DNA of 64,000 nt, from contig PWXV01000336.1 of NCBI GenBank assembly GCA_003568415.1, positions 69,774 to 133,773 on the forward strand. Reading direction: 5' to 3'. The notes beneath the pieces were generated by a model. That model did no database searches. It was not told where the DNA came from and saw only the letters and a program-made list of their open reading frames with translations. Made by a program: the position numbers and the translations under genes. The stretch's first letter is position 1. Every line of letters begins with the position of its first letter. This DNA is from Ignavibacteriales bacterium. GTDB lineage: Bacteria; Bacteroidota; Ignavibacteria; T3Sed10-11. Shown in pieces: positions 20,101 through 29,303 of the stretch.

Positions 20101-22098
20101 AATAATGTTATTGAACGCATTAAAGAGCTTCGACATCCCGATGTATTGAGTATTTCACTCTTTGACAAGGGATATGATAAGCTGCAATTGGTTGCTGCGC
20201 ACGGAATCCCGGACAAAAAAATGTCACATTCCTATGAAGGAATCCATCCAATTCTTCAAAAAATTCTCGGCAGTAACGAGCATACCATCATAGAAGATAT
20301 CCGGGAAGAACATCCCGATCTTCATGACCAGCTTATCAGAAAAGATCAGCGGTCTGTAGGATACTTTGTCCTCAAAACTGAAGGCAAGGTGATAGGTGTG
20401 TTAAGTGTCGGGTTTACAAGTCGAAACAAGTTTTTCCCCGAAGACGTCGCATTGTACCGGAATATAGTAACACAGGTTTCAATGGCGATGCAGAACGCGC
20501 AATTGTATCAGAAAATACAGGATTCGGAAGAAAAATATCGCTTGCTTGTTGAGACGGCACGGGATATGGTATTCTCGATGGACCTTGATGGAACCTTTAC
20601 CTATGTAAGTCCGAGCTCGGAGCATCTTACCGGTTACTTACCCGAAGAAATATTACAACGAAAATTTTCACCGCGAATGGTGCATCCGGGAGATTACCGC
20701 TATATTAATAAATTAATGCGGCTTGCAGTTGAACGCAGGGTGCCTACCGACACGGTTCGGGCCCTGGAATTTCGTATACGTACGCGTGAAGGAGAGTATA
20801 GATGGATGTCTGCATCCTGGACACTTGTTCATGATGCACGCGGTCAGATCACCGGTGTGCAATGTATCTTGCGTGATGTTCACGAACGGCGCTTAGCGGA
20901 AGAAGAAATAACACATCAATTACAACGGTTGCGTGTATTATATGAGCTTGCTCATAACCTGGCGGCAACACTTGACCAGAAGGAAATTCTTGAAGCAGTA
21001 TCAAAAAGTGTGAAACGAGTCTTACCGCACCAGTCGTTTTCAATTTATTTATATGATGAGCAATTGCCGGATGTGTTACAAAAGATAATGCAAATCAACA
21101 AACAAAAAGATAATGAAATTTTTGTCTTCGAGCCGGAATTGGTTTTAATACACCACGAGGGATTGGAGCTTGAACGGTCTGTAATTGAGAAGCGCCAGAT
21201 GGTTGATTTGCCGGGCGATTGGACTAACCCGCACAAGATCGTTGCACCGATGGTTATGAAAGAACGGGTGCTCGGGTTAATGGTGCTCGAAGCCGACGGT
21301 ACGGAATCATATAGTGAAACACACAAAGACTTGCTCCAGACTATTGCGCACCAGGCGGGTATGGCAATTGAAAAATCACTCCTCTATCGGGAAACGGTCG
21401 AAAAATCCGAGGAAATCGAGAGGCGAAATCGTGAACTTGATGATTTTACGTATGTTGTATCACACGATTTGAAGGAACCACTGATAAGCGTCGAGGGATA
21501 TAGCAAAATATTGTTGCAGGATTATCAGGAGATATTGCACGAAGAAGGGCAGGATTTGCTTTATTCAATTACACAGTCGTGTGACCGTATGAAAAATCTT
21601 ATCAATGAGCTGTTGACACTTTCCCGGGTCGGCCGCCTGACCGAAAGTATGACTACCGTTTCCACAGAATCAGTAATCAATGAAATATTGGAGGATCTCG
21701 AGTATACTGTCAAAAAACGAAATGTCACGATACATGTGGCAGAAAATTTGCCGGAAGTTCATGGTAATAAAGTGCATCTTGTTGTACTTTTCCGTAACTT
21801 GATAACAAACGGGATAAAATTCAACACCTCTGAAAAACCGGTAATTTCGATAGATTGGCAGGATGAAGATTCGATGTACCGTTTTAGTGTTCGTGATAAT
21901 GGTGTAGGTATAGAAAAAGAATATTTTGACAAAATTTTTGTTATATTTCATAGATTGCGCGGAGAGAAACAATACGAGGGGACGGGAGCGGGTTTAACGA
22001 TTGTGAAAAAGATTGTTGAAACCCACGGTGGTTCTATATGGCTTGACTCTGTCGTGGGTGAAGGAACAACATTTCATTTTACATTGCCAAAAGCATAA
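17122..22098 (+). CDS. Giant cytoplasmic multi-sensor histidine kinase (about 4-5 PAS and 4 GAF domains, then HisKA and HATPase_c). 1658 aa.
   Basis: C-terminal HisKA (FTYVVSHDLKEPL) and HATPase_c (DNGVGIEKEYFDKIF...GTGAGLTIVKKIVETHGG). There are multiple PAS-like segments and GAF-like blocks, and no evident TM helices. Confidence 0.85.
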   Translation: MGNKKIYNSKQQKFEDLPTAVVECTSRTIYYANRAAISLFNHSGKIPTTLAMFFGEQTAKKIRKILRDKSKHGEIVTIQDKVFDVKLKNAATESNRRELYLTDITNVYRQLDREKQSIGVFQTIVENSEDGISIVEKDRLVYVNNKFLELYGYSEPGQLIGKPLTVVVAPEDQERVLATSHSRQRGRDTPFIYDFKGKKQHGEIIEIEVAASRIQYNGKHVSLSFHRDVTERNMLEKQLIESEEFRENVFSSLEHGVVVFDTSLSCIDWNHQMQYFTGLDRSEAIGMHARQIFKKFKDHGALEKFDNVLTGTKVSFGYLPYLHPVTKQMRYAWLHLSPLLNAKGTVRGIVGILSDLTHQKFMQDEIKESETLFRNVLEAMGDALVLTDLQGRVLRVNKEFERITGYREDEALGQTIPYSWFYEPDTSRFVVWISELREKNYLHDFDIRWKSKSNEIIPVSLNTTLLRNKEGDPVAMLNIARNITDRKKLETELQNRTQQIELINRVISKANETIEINDLLDTLNHELRQLIEFDRFGIILLRGLDSVEEVAFTTDDDNGKSKREEHTGTNTSLGIDIRSWGKPYTSNNLLGESFEKLNLPLVNMGYKSLVAVPIYTKDTFLGILYLAMREANGFIGNEISLLQPICEQIGLIVDKLNLFTRVRDDAQYIHNLLYSMDDIVFTVNTDLVITESNTPLNEFPFTDKRRVRNKQKTLIGQPLYDVVKKAPYREGIEQVVSALFSENITIYNTEFTYAFNGEDKFYQLRINPMKIEGRIVGLVFTHTDITALKKTEEELKRRNRDLIELNEISAILTKSLNLNEVYTITLDKILKIFKASIVTVYLIEDEKTHLSGYIGELTKSEVREVEKIDISNSVIGEVLRAEQSVTISDGLDKYPNLSAKWRPIIDKYNLQASVVIPLTVQKNVLGVLSVEFNHRRKLSNQEMHLLQLISNQLSAAIENIRLYKNLQARVNDLTILASLGNIYASSLDIHEIANNVIERIKELRHPDVLSISLFDKGYDKLQLVAAHGIPDKKMSHSYEGIHPILQKILGSNEHTIIEDIREEHPDLHDQLIRKDQRSVGYFVLKTEGKVIGVLSVGFTSRNKFFPEDVALYRNIVTQVSMAMQNAQLYQKIQDSEEKYRLLVETARDMVFSMDLDGTFTYVSPSSEHLTGYLPEEILQRKFSPRMVHPGDYRYINKLMRLAVERRVPTDTVRALEFRIRTREGEYRWMSASWTLVHDARGQITGVQCILRDVHERRLAEEEITHQLQRLRVLYELAHNLAATLDQKEILEAVSKSVKRVLPHQSFSIYLYDEQLPDVLQKIMQINKQKDNEIFVFEPELVLIHHEGLELERSVIEKRQMVDLPGDWTNPHKIVAPMVMKERVLGLMVLEADGTESYSETHKDLLQTIAHQAGMAIEKSLLYRETVEKSEEIERRNRELDDFTYVVSHDLKEPLISVEGYSKILLQDYQEILHEEGQDLLYSITQSCDRMKNLINELLTLSRVGRLTESMTTVSTESVINEILEDLEYTVKKRNVTIHVAENLPEVHGNKVHLVVLFRNLITNGIKFNTSEKPVISIDWQDEDSMYRFSVRDNGVGIEKEYFDKIFVIFHRLRGEKQYEGTGAGLTIVKKIVETHGGSIWLDSVVGEGTTFHFTLPKA

Positions 22099-22109
22099 AG
22101 TTTATTATT

Positions 22110-22550
22110 GTGAAACAAGTACTGAATATTTTACTGATTGATGATAACCCGGACCATGGGAAGATCATTGTGTGGGCACTTGAACAATCGGATATAAAAA
22201 ACAAAGTAACCGTTGTTGAGAGCGGAGAGGAAGCATTGAATATGCTGTGGTCTATTGGTAAGCCGGAAGGTGCATTGAAACGTAAACCTGATATAATATT
22301 CCTCGATATTAATCTGCCAATTTTGAATGGAATTGATTTATTACAAAAGATTAAAGAGAATAATGAATTGAAGTCGATACCGGTTATTATTTTGAGCAGC
22401 TCTGACCGTATTGAGGATGTGAAAAAAGCATATTCTCTGGGTGCAAATACATTCATCAGTAAATCACATATATTTAATGAAGTTGCCCAGGCCGTAAATA
22501 CAGTTTGTGTTTATTGGGCAAATATAGCACAATTATCAACACGGAGTTAG
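22110..22550 (+). CDS. Single-domain response regulator (receiver only).
   Basis: Receiver fold with the phospho-acceptor Asp context (IIFLDINLP) and conserved ...KSHI. GTG start 12 bp after the kinase stop. Confidence 0.75.
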   Translation: MKQVLNILLIDDNPDHGKIIVWALEQSDIKNKVTVVESGEEALNMLWSIGKPEGALKRKPDIIFLDINLPILNGIDLLQKIKENNELKSIPVIILSSSDRIEDVKKAYSLGANTFISKSHIFNEVAQAVNTVCVYWANIAQLSTRS

Positions 22551-23234
22551 ATGGGGATGACCGAAAAACGAGAAGTTAATGTTCTCATTATTGAGGATAA
22601 TGAAAACTTTGCACGATTGGTGCAAATATATCTTCGGCGATTTCAGGAGATAAAATTTAACATTATATGGAAAGAAAACGGTGAGCAGGGTATTAACGAA
22701 CTAAAAGAAAATCAGGATATTGATATTATTTTGATGGATTATTTCTTGCCGGGACAAAACGGTTTGGATACCACCTTACAACTTCGTGACAACGGAATAA
22801 CTACCCCTGTAATATTTCTAACCGTGAACAAAGACTTTAATCTGGCCCTGGAGGTTATGAAAGCAGGTGTATCGGATTATATCGTAAAGGAGGAAATTTC
22901 CACACCGGTATTCCCGAAAATCTTACTCAGTGTACTTGAAAAACGTGAATTACAAAATAAACTCGATCAGCTTGAAATAAGCAGCAAGCGACTTGAAGCC
23001 TTACAATCTCTTGCTGCCGATATTACCACTGATCTTGAGCCGCTTTTACAGGAAATGAAAACTATCTCAACAGAATTACTTGCTAAACACCAAACTGAAA
23101 AAACTTCAAACTATCTGAACATAATCAATGATAGTGTTCAGCGTATACAAACAAAGGTTGAAAAACTTAAAGAAATTAAAGAAGATAAAACGGTTACGTA
23201 TGTGAAAGATCTTGAGATGATCGACCTTTCGTAG
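22551..23234 (+). CDS. Response regulator: receiver domain plus a ~100-aa C-terminal coiled-coil/helical region. There is no recognisable DNA-binding output.
   Basis: Receiver motifs (VLIIEDN...IILMDYFLPGQNG...DYIVKEEI), then a heptad-like helical tail. Confidence 0.7.
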   Translation: MGMTEKREVNVLIIEDNENFARLVQIYLRRFQEIKFNIIWKENGEQGINELKENQDIDIILMDYFLPGQNGLDTTLQLRDNGITTPVIFLTVNKDFNLALEVMKAGVSDYIVKEEISTPVFPKILLSVLEKRELQNKLDQLEISSKRLEALQSLAADITTDLEPLLQEMKTISTELLAKHQTEKTSNYLNIINDSVQRIQTKVEKLKEIKEDKTVTYVKDLEMIDLS

Positions 23235-23278
23235 CACAATTTGCCCATATACAATATGCAAATTTTCCCATAACCTTC

Positions 23279-24136
23279 ATGAAAACTCGTATTGCGGTGG
23301 CACAAATTGATGTGCGTGTCGGAGATGTAGACCATAATTTAAAATTGCACATCAATTATGCAGAAGAAGCCATATCAAAAAATGCCCGGATTATTGTTTT
23401 CCCTGAACTGAGTCTTACCGGTTATTCTCTTCGTGATTTGGTACATGATGTGACGCAGGTAAGCTATGCCGATAATCCGAACTATAAAAAATTACTCGCG
23501 TTAAGCAACGATATTCACATCATTGCGGGGGGAGTAGAGGAAACAAGAAATTATAGATTACATAATGCCGCCTTTTTATTCACCGGTGGAAATATGCAGG
23601 TAATTCACCGTAAAATATATTTACCTACATACGGTATGTTTGAGGAGAATAGATATTTTCTGCCGGGGAAATCGCTTCGATCTTTTGATACACCTGCCGG
23701 GCGATGGGGAGTATTGATTTGTGAGGATCTCTGGCATTTATCAACACCATACCTCATTGCACAGGATGGCGCAGAGATTATTGCCGCTTTAGCTGCCAGT
23801 CCGACCCGGCTTGGGGGTGAGAAGAACAGTGAGCCGGCAGTCGCCGAAATCAATATGGAACACCACAAAACCTATGCGCGTCTTTTATCATGTTATGTGC
23901 TGTTTTGTAATCGTGTTGGATTTGAGGATGGAATCAGCTTTTGGGGCGGCTCAAGTATTATAGGTCCGGATGGAACCATTGTAAAACAAGCTCCGTTTTT
24001 TGATGATACAGTTATCTATGCTGACATTACAAATGATGAAATTAAACGTGCCCGACGTGACTCCCGCCATGCGCTCTATGAGCGCCCCGAATTTGTGATG
24101 AAGGAATTGGAGCGGATTGACCGCAATCGACATTAA
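23279..24136 (+). CDS. Carbon-nitrogen hydrolase (nitrilase superfamily) protein.
   Basis: Catalytic Glu (FPELSLTGY), Lys, and Cys (VLICEDLWH) contexts. Confidence 0.75.
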   Translation: MKTRIAVAQIDVRVGDVDHNLKLHINYAEEAISKNARIIVFPELSLTGYSLRDLVHDVTQVSYADNPNYKKLLALSNDIHIIAGGVEETRNYRLHNAAFLFTGGNMQVIHRKIYLPTYGMFEENRYFLPGKSLRSFDTPAGRWGVLICEDLWHLSTPYLIAQDGAEIIAALAASPTRLGGEKNSEPAVAEINMEHHKTYARLLSCYVLFCNRVGFEDGISFWGGSSIIGPDGTIVKQAPFFDDTVIYADITNDEIKRARRDSRHALYERPEFVMKELERIDRNRH

Positions 24137-24230
24137 TGTTGCTAAATAGCCCAAAATTTAATATTTTGAAAGTTTGTAGGTATTCAGTATCGAAAGTATC
24201 TGTTATTAAGGAGGAGGGAAATATAGAAGA

Positions 24231-25082
24231 ATGAATGGTGTAAAAACAGCGTTTTTGCTGACGTTGATTATGGTGCTTTTTTTGCTTGTCGGCCAGGCAT
24301 TGGGCGGACAGGACGGGTTAATTATTGCCTTTATAATTGCACTGGCTTTCAACTTTTTCAGTTACTGGTATTCAGATAGAGTAATCTTAAAAATGTACAA
24401 GGCAAAAGAGGTTACCCGTGAACAGGCTCCGAAATTGTACAACATGGTCGATAAGCTTGTCAAACGTAGCAATATGCCGATGCCGAAGATATATGTAATT
24501 CCGTCAAGTACCCCGAACGCATTTGCTACCGGCAGAAATCCTCAAAATGCCGTTGTAGCAGTTACCGAAGGAATTGTGCGATTATTAAACGATGAGGAAC
24601 TCGAAGGAGTGCTTGCGCATGAACTTGCACATATCCGAAATCGTGATATTTTACTCAGCACGATCGTTGCTACGGTTGTTACAGCAATTACGTACCTCTC
24701 GCTGATGGGGAGATTTGCATTCCTCTTTATGGGAAGAGGTGGTGATCGGAGTGCGGGAGAGGCATTCGGACAATTATTATTACTGATTCTTGCACCGATT
24801 GCGGCTATGATAATTCAGCTTGCTATATCCCGTGCCCGTGAATATATGGCAGATGCAGGAGGAGCAGAGATATGTGGTAAACCAATGGCATTAGCGAACG
24901 CATTGAACAAGCTCGAAAAGGGAGTACAGCGAGCGCCAATGCCGGACACAAATTCGTCAACTTCACATTTATTCATTGTTAATCCGTTCAGAGGTGGTGG
25001 AGTAAGTAAATTATTCTCTACACACCCGCCAATCCCTGAACGAGTAAAACGGCTTGAAGCTCTTGCCCGGGGCAGAGCGTAA
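24231..25082 (+). CDS. htpX: Zinc metalloprotease HtpX.
   Basis: HELAHIRNRD HExxH motif, 4 TM segments, and an M48 peptidase layout. Confidence 0.85.
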   Translation: MNGVKTAFLLTLIMVLFLLVGQALGGQDGLIIAFIIALAFNFFSYWYSDRVILKMYKAKEVTREQAPKLYNMVDKLVKRSNMPMPKIYVIPSSTPNAFATGRNPQNAVVAVTEGIVRLLNDEELEGVLAHELAHIRNRDILLSTIVATVVTAITYLSLMGRFAFLFMGRGGDRSAGEAFGQLLLLILAPIAAMIIQLAISRAREYMADAGGAEICGKPMALANALNKLEKGVQRAPMPDTNSSTSHLFIVNPFRGGGVSKLFSTHPPIPERVKRLEALARGRA

Positions 25083-25103
25083 GCCAGGAACGAGTAACGA
25101 GCG

Positions 25104-25724
25104 GTGAATTACCGGCAAATTAGTTTGCCAATACTATTGATCTTGTGTTTTGTATTCAATACGAAGACCGCAAAAGCACAGGATGAACTAATCTCCAATA
25201 CAGAGCTATTGCACAAAGTAATAGAAAAGAGCATTGTGCAGCTTGAGGATGTGTTACCTTCGAACGCTGATGTTTCGTTGGAAATACAATTCGCTGATTA
25301 TGATTGGTTTATTCGTCACAGGGCGATTAAAGTATTGGGTGATTTAGGATATAATGTCCGTGGAAATAACGAAAATTATCAAGACGGACATTACAAAGTA
25401 GAATTGGGGGTTGAGCAGCTTGGTATACGTTACGATAATGTACGCAAGCGCTCGATCTTTCGATCAAGGACGATGACACGTCATGCCGATGTGGCTTTTT
25501 CGTTGCGGATAAGCGGTGATGGCCGGGAACGGGTTATCCGGATTTCAGAGTATGTCAGCGACGAAATAGCATATAATAAGCATCGGGAAGTTGAGAATTC
25601 AGCGTTGCCGTTTACCCAGGCGAATGTGCCGGATGGTTCATTTACCGAGCGCTTATTGGGACCGGCAGTTATCGTCGGAGCGACCGGTGTCGTTATTTAT
25701 TTATTTTTCTCGGTGCGTAGTTAA
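25104..25724 (+). CDS. Hypothetical exported or bitopic protein (signal peptide plus a C-terminal hydrophobic anchor).
   Basis: N-terminal signal-like LPILLILCFVFNTKTAKAQ and C-terminal LLGPAVIVGATGVVIYLFF. No family was recognised. Confidence 0.4.
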   Translation: MNYRQISLPILLILCFVFNTKTAKAQDELISNTELLHKVIEKSIVQLEDVLPSNADVSLEIQFADYDWFIRHRAIKVLGDLGYNVRGNNENYQDGHYKVELGVEQLGIRYDNVRKRSIFRSRTMTRHADVAFSLRISGDGRERVIRISEYVSDEIAYNKHREVENSALPFTQANVPDGSFTERLLGPAVIVGATGVVIYLFFSVRS

Positions 25725-25731
25725 TTAAAAT

Positions 25732-26607
25732 ATGAATGAAAGAAACAGGATATATATGACCCAGCGGGAAGTGTTATTTTTTAAGATGGCGGGGATTTTT
25801 TTACTTATCAGTTTGATCATCATAGGATGCGGGCGTCGTGACGTAACGCTTGATCTCAGTGCTTCAGAGCGGTTTGAGAGGGGGATGGAGTTTTATGATG
25901 ATGGAAGTTATAGTCGCGCAGTCAATGAATTTCGTGTTGTTACACGACAATTCTCAGGCAGTGAGTACGCTGATGATGCGCAATATTATATGGCAATGTC
26001 ATATTACAATCGCGGCGAGTATGTTCTTGCAGCGAACGAGTTTGAAACGCTGGTCAATACAATGAGCGGCAGCCCGCTCGTTGCCGACGCGCAATATAAA
26101 CTTGCGATGTCGTACTATCAACTCTCTCCGAGATATGACCTCGATCAGGAGTATACCTACAAAGCTATCGATGAATTTCAAGCATTTGTCGACTTCTTCC
26201 CGACAAATGAACTGGTGCCCGATGCCGAGGAAAGGATACAGGAATTAAATAAAAAATTAGCGCGCAAACAGTATGAAAATGCGACGCTGTATATGCGTAT
26301 GAGATACTATCGGGCAGCAACCCGATACTACGAGATTGTCATTCAACAGTATCACGATACCGAGTATGCTGAATCTGCTCATATCGGTAAAGTAGAAGCA
26401 TTGATGGCACGGGAGCTGTATGATGAAGCAAATGAAACCATTCAGCAATTCCACAGGAGGTTTCCGGATAGCGATAAACGTTCCCGGATAGAAACTCTTG
26501 AGCGGCGTATTGCAGCTGAATTGGAAAAAGTCGATGAAGATTCAGATAATGGCCCGGATTCACCGCAAACTACTACAGGAGAGTCTTCCGGAGCGGGTAA
26601 ACTTTGA
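25732..26607 (+). CDS. bamD: Outer membrane protein assembly factor BamD-like TPR lipoprotein. The true start is probably at 25786 (MAGIFLL...IIGC lipobox).
   Basis: Lipobox IIGC, TPR repeats (AQYYMAMSYYNRGEYVLAANEFE; AQYKLAMSYYQLS), and a YfiO/BamD-like arrangement. Confidence 0.65.
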   Translation: MNERNRIYMTQREVLFFKMAGIFLLISLIIIGCGRRDVTLDLSASERFERGMEFYDDGSYSRAVNEFRVVTRQFSGSEYADDAQYYMAMSYYNRGEYVLAANEFETLVNTMSGSPLVADAQYKLAMSYYQLSPRYDLDQEYTYKAIDEFQAFVDFFPTNELVPDAEERIQELNKKLARKQYENATLYMRMRYYRAATRYYEIVIQQYHDTEYAESAHIGKVEALMARELYDEANETIQQFHRRFPDSDKRSRIETLERRIAAELEKVDEDSDNGPDSPQTTTGESSGAGKL

Positions 26608-27092
26608 CCGGAGAAAAGCGTAAACCGAAAGACTCACAGGTTGAGATGACTGAACTTGTATTGCCGAACGATACAAATACACTCGGCAATATGCTCGGAG
26701 GCCGGTTGATGCATTTGATTGATATTGCTGCGGCAATTGCCGGAGCGCGTCATTCACATAAGGTTGCCGTCACCGCTTCAGTCGATGAGCTTAACTTTCT
26801 GCATCCGATTAAATTGGGTGAGGTTGTCATCTTACGAGCTTCGGTAAACCGGGTGTTTAGGACATCAATGGAAGTAGGGGTGAAGGTATATTCGCAAAAT
26901 TTGCGAACCGGAGATTTAACACATGCCAATAGCGCATATCTGACATTTGTCGCGCTCGACGATAGCGGAACACCATCCGAAATCGAACCGATTCACCCCG
27001 AGACTGAAACAGAAGAACGGCGGTATCGGGAAGCACTTGAGCGAAGAGAACGCCGGTTGCAGCATCGTAAACATCAGAAAAAAAGTAACTAA
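26604..27092 (+). CDS. Acyl-CoA thioesterase (hotdog fold, YciA-like).
   Basis: ELVLPNDTNTLGNMLGGRLMHLID...ASVDELNFLHPIKLGEVV hotdog thioesterase signature. Confidence 0.75.
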   Translation: MTGEKRKPKDSQVEMTELVLPNDTNTLGNMLGGRLMHLIDIAAAIAGARHSHKVAVTASVDELNFLHPIKLGEVVILRASVNRVFRTSMEVGVKVYSQNLRTGDLTHANSAYLTFVALDDSGTPSEIEPIHPETETEERRYREALERRERRLQHRKHQKKSN

Positions 27093-27095
27093 TTA

Positions 27096-29303
27096 ATGAG
27101 TGTCGGGGTGAACAAACACACTCTTCGATATCGACAGCGTTTTAAATTCATACTAGTATTGATAGTATGTGTGGTAATCCTTGTGCATTCTCAATCCGAT
27201 ATAATTAAAAATGTTCCGGTCGGTCCAATCGAATTTATTACCCTTCCCTCGAAACCTTTGACTATTACAACCGCCAGTATTACCGGTCATGGCGAAGAAG
27301 ATTTAATAATCACCTATGATGCTCCACGCCTTTCGATATTTACTGATAAGGATCATACTCATATTGAATTAGATTACTCAATCTCACTAGTCAAATCTAT
27401 TCAACGAAAAGGAAAGCGTGATCTCTTAATCTGTGTAACTCATCACGAAAACGAAATTAATAGCTTGCAGTATGAACCGGATGAGAATGTGTTCACCAAA
27501 AATTTAGTGGCGCGGTTGCAACAGCAACCATATATGCTTAAGACTGCCGACGTGTCGGGCAACGGCTATCAGGATATAATAGTTCTTCTTGAGAATCAAA
27601 CCGGCGTGGGTGTATTACAAAATAATGGCGACGGTACCTTCAGAGATATTGAGTTTCTGTTTGACGAGATTTTTATTTCAATGTTTCAAGTCGTGGATCT
27701 GAACGGGGATGGCATTAATGATTTTGTGCTGTATGACCCTATTCAGAATATGCTTCGGATTCATTATGGATTCGGAAGAATGACGTTTGCTCTTGAACGT
27801 CGCGTTTCATTGCCGGCATCAATCGATTATTTTCAATCACTCCCGATAATAGAAGATGCAATATATGACCTGATTACAATGTTTCCCGGTTCGAAGGAAT
27901 TCAGAGTGTTTCTTGGTGACGGACTTGGCCGATATTCACCGGTACAAACACACCGGCTATCATCAGCATCGACATCGTTTCTTTTCGCCGATCTTTTCAA
28001 TACTCGACTCGCCGATCTTATTGTGGCCGAACGTGAAACCGGTATTCTGAGGATCTTTCAAAATGATCATCGACATGGCTTTAAATCGGCGGGGAAAATT
28101 CAGCTTCCGGTGGGTATTGATGATATGAAAATTCTCAAGAATTCCAAAACCAATAATGATGAACTATATGTGCTTGATATTGAAAATAATCGCTTGATTG
28201 TTCTCGGATTATTACCTGCAGCCGAAGAATTTTTACCGCCAAAACTTGCTCTCGCTTCAGAAGCCAGCGATATGGTCACTGCCAACTTGTTTGGCGGTGA
28301 GTTACCCGAGCTATATATACTTTGCGAGCAGGCGGCAACAATCTCGGTTTACTGGTATAACCGGCAATTTGAGTTGAACCACACAATGATTTCACTTCCG
28401 GGTAATCCGGATCGTTTGTATGTTCATCGCGGACCATCGAACAAGTTGAAACTAATTGTTTCGGAAAAAAAATCTAATTTCATTACAGTTGTTTCGATGA
28501 ACTGGTATGAACAGGAAGCCAATGTGTACGGTATACCTGCTATGACCGGTTCTGATGTTATCTATCTTGGATTGACATCGGATGAGCGCTTTCAATTCGG
28601 TACGGTTTCGTTTACCCAGGAGCACAATACACCGACATTGTCGTTATTTGATCAAATTGCCAGCGATGAATATATCGAACATACGATCACACCTATTCAC
28701 GAAGAACATATGCTCGCATTAGATGTTGTGGATCTTAGTCGGAATAACGCTGTGGATATTATTTATTTATACCGTAATGAAGACGAAGCAGAAGTTTATT
28801 TAACGTCTGCGCTCAATGATTCTAATTATGTTTTTCGCAAGCAGGGCAATATTCTTTCACTCGAAGACTCGACTGCAACACGGGGTTTTGTTATAGCTGA
28901 AAAATCTACCATGGATGATGAAACATCATTTATTGTCTATCTTGATGATCAAACGGGGGATAGCGGACGGATATGCAGGGTGAGAGGAGAGCGCAACGGC
29001 ACGCTTTCATTGCATGCGGGAAATTCCACTGACAAGTTCATCCATTCGGCAAGTGATATATACTTATTAGATTCACCGAATGAACCATATAGTGATATTG
29101 TATATTATAATGCACGAAGTCAGGCAATTGAAATTATGCAAAGTACAAGTAATGGATTGTTTGCGCCTGAGCGGTTGCTTAAAAAAGTTGATGACTATTC
29201 ATCACTCACGGTTTATTCTGAACCGATCGGTGAAATACATATGCTTGTTATCGGTAGAAAAGGGAATCCTTATGTTGAGGTGTTGCGTATTGATGAGTAC
29301 TAG
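27096..29303 (+). CDS. FG-GAP/VCBS-repeat protein with an N-terminal signal anchor.
   Basis: Repeated D-x-N/D-G-D/N-G-x-x-D hydrophobic motifs (ADVSGNGYQDIIV; VDLNGDGINDFVLYD). Confidence 0.6.
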   Translation: MSVGVNKHTLRYRQRFKFILVLIVCVVILVHSQSDIIKNVPVGPIEFITLPSKPLTITTASITGHGEEDLIITYDAPRLSIFTDKDHTHIELDYSISLVKSIQRKGKRDLLICVTHHENEINSLQYEPDENVFTKNLVARLQQQPYMLKTADVSGNGYQDIIVLLENQTGVGVLQNNGDGTFRDIEFLFDEIFISMFQVVDLNGDGINDFVLYDPIQNMLRIHYGFGRMTFALERRVSLPASIDYFQSLPIIEDAIYDLITMFPGSKEFRVFLGDGLGRYSPVQTHRLSSASTSFLFADLFNTRLADLIVAERETGILRIFQNDHRHGFKSAGKIQLPVGIDDMKILKNSKTNNDELYVLDIENNRLIVLGLLPAAEEFLPPKLALASEASDMVTANLFGGELPELYILCEQAATISVYWYNRQFELNHTMISLPGNPDRLYVHRGPSNKLKLIVSEKKSNFITVVSMNWYEQEANVYGIPAMTGSDVIYLGLTSDERFQFGTVSFTQEHNTPTLSLFDQIASDEYIEHTITPIHEEHMLALDVVDLSRNNAVDIIYLYRNEDEAEVYLTSALNDSNYVFRKQGNILSLEDSTATRGFVIAEKSTMDDETSFIVYLDDQTGDSGRICRVRGERNGTLSLHAGNSTDKFIHSASDIYLLDSPNEPYSDIVYYNARSQAIEIMQSTSNGLFAPERLLKKVDDYSSLTVYSEPIGEIHMLVIGRKGNPYVEVLRIDEY

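Noticed and set aside
24137-24230. Possible sigma32 heat-shock promoter upstream of htpX (a TTGAAA -35-like hexamer is present).
   Set aside because: No CCCCAT-like -10 element follows at the expected spacing. There is only a generic AT-rich region plus an AGGAGG ribosome-binding site.
29080-29292. ORF-track N-terminal extension of the HExxH/T9SS protein.
   Set aside because: The extension lies inside the FG-GAP gene's 3' end. The internal ATG at 29293 begins a clean signal peptide (MSTRVAGAAMMLFLL), which makes it the better start.
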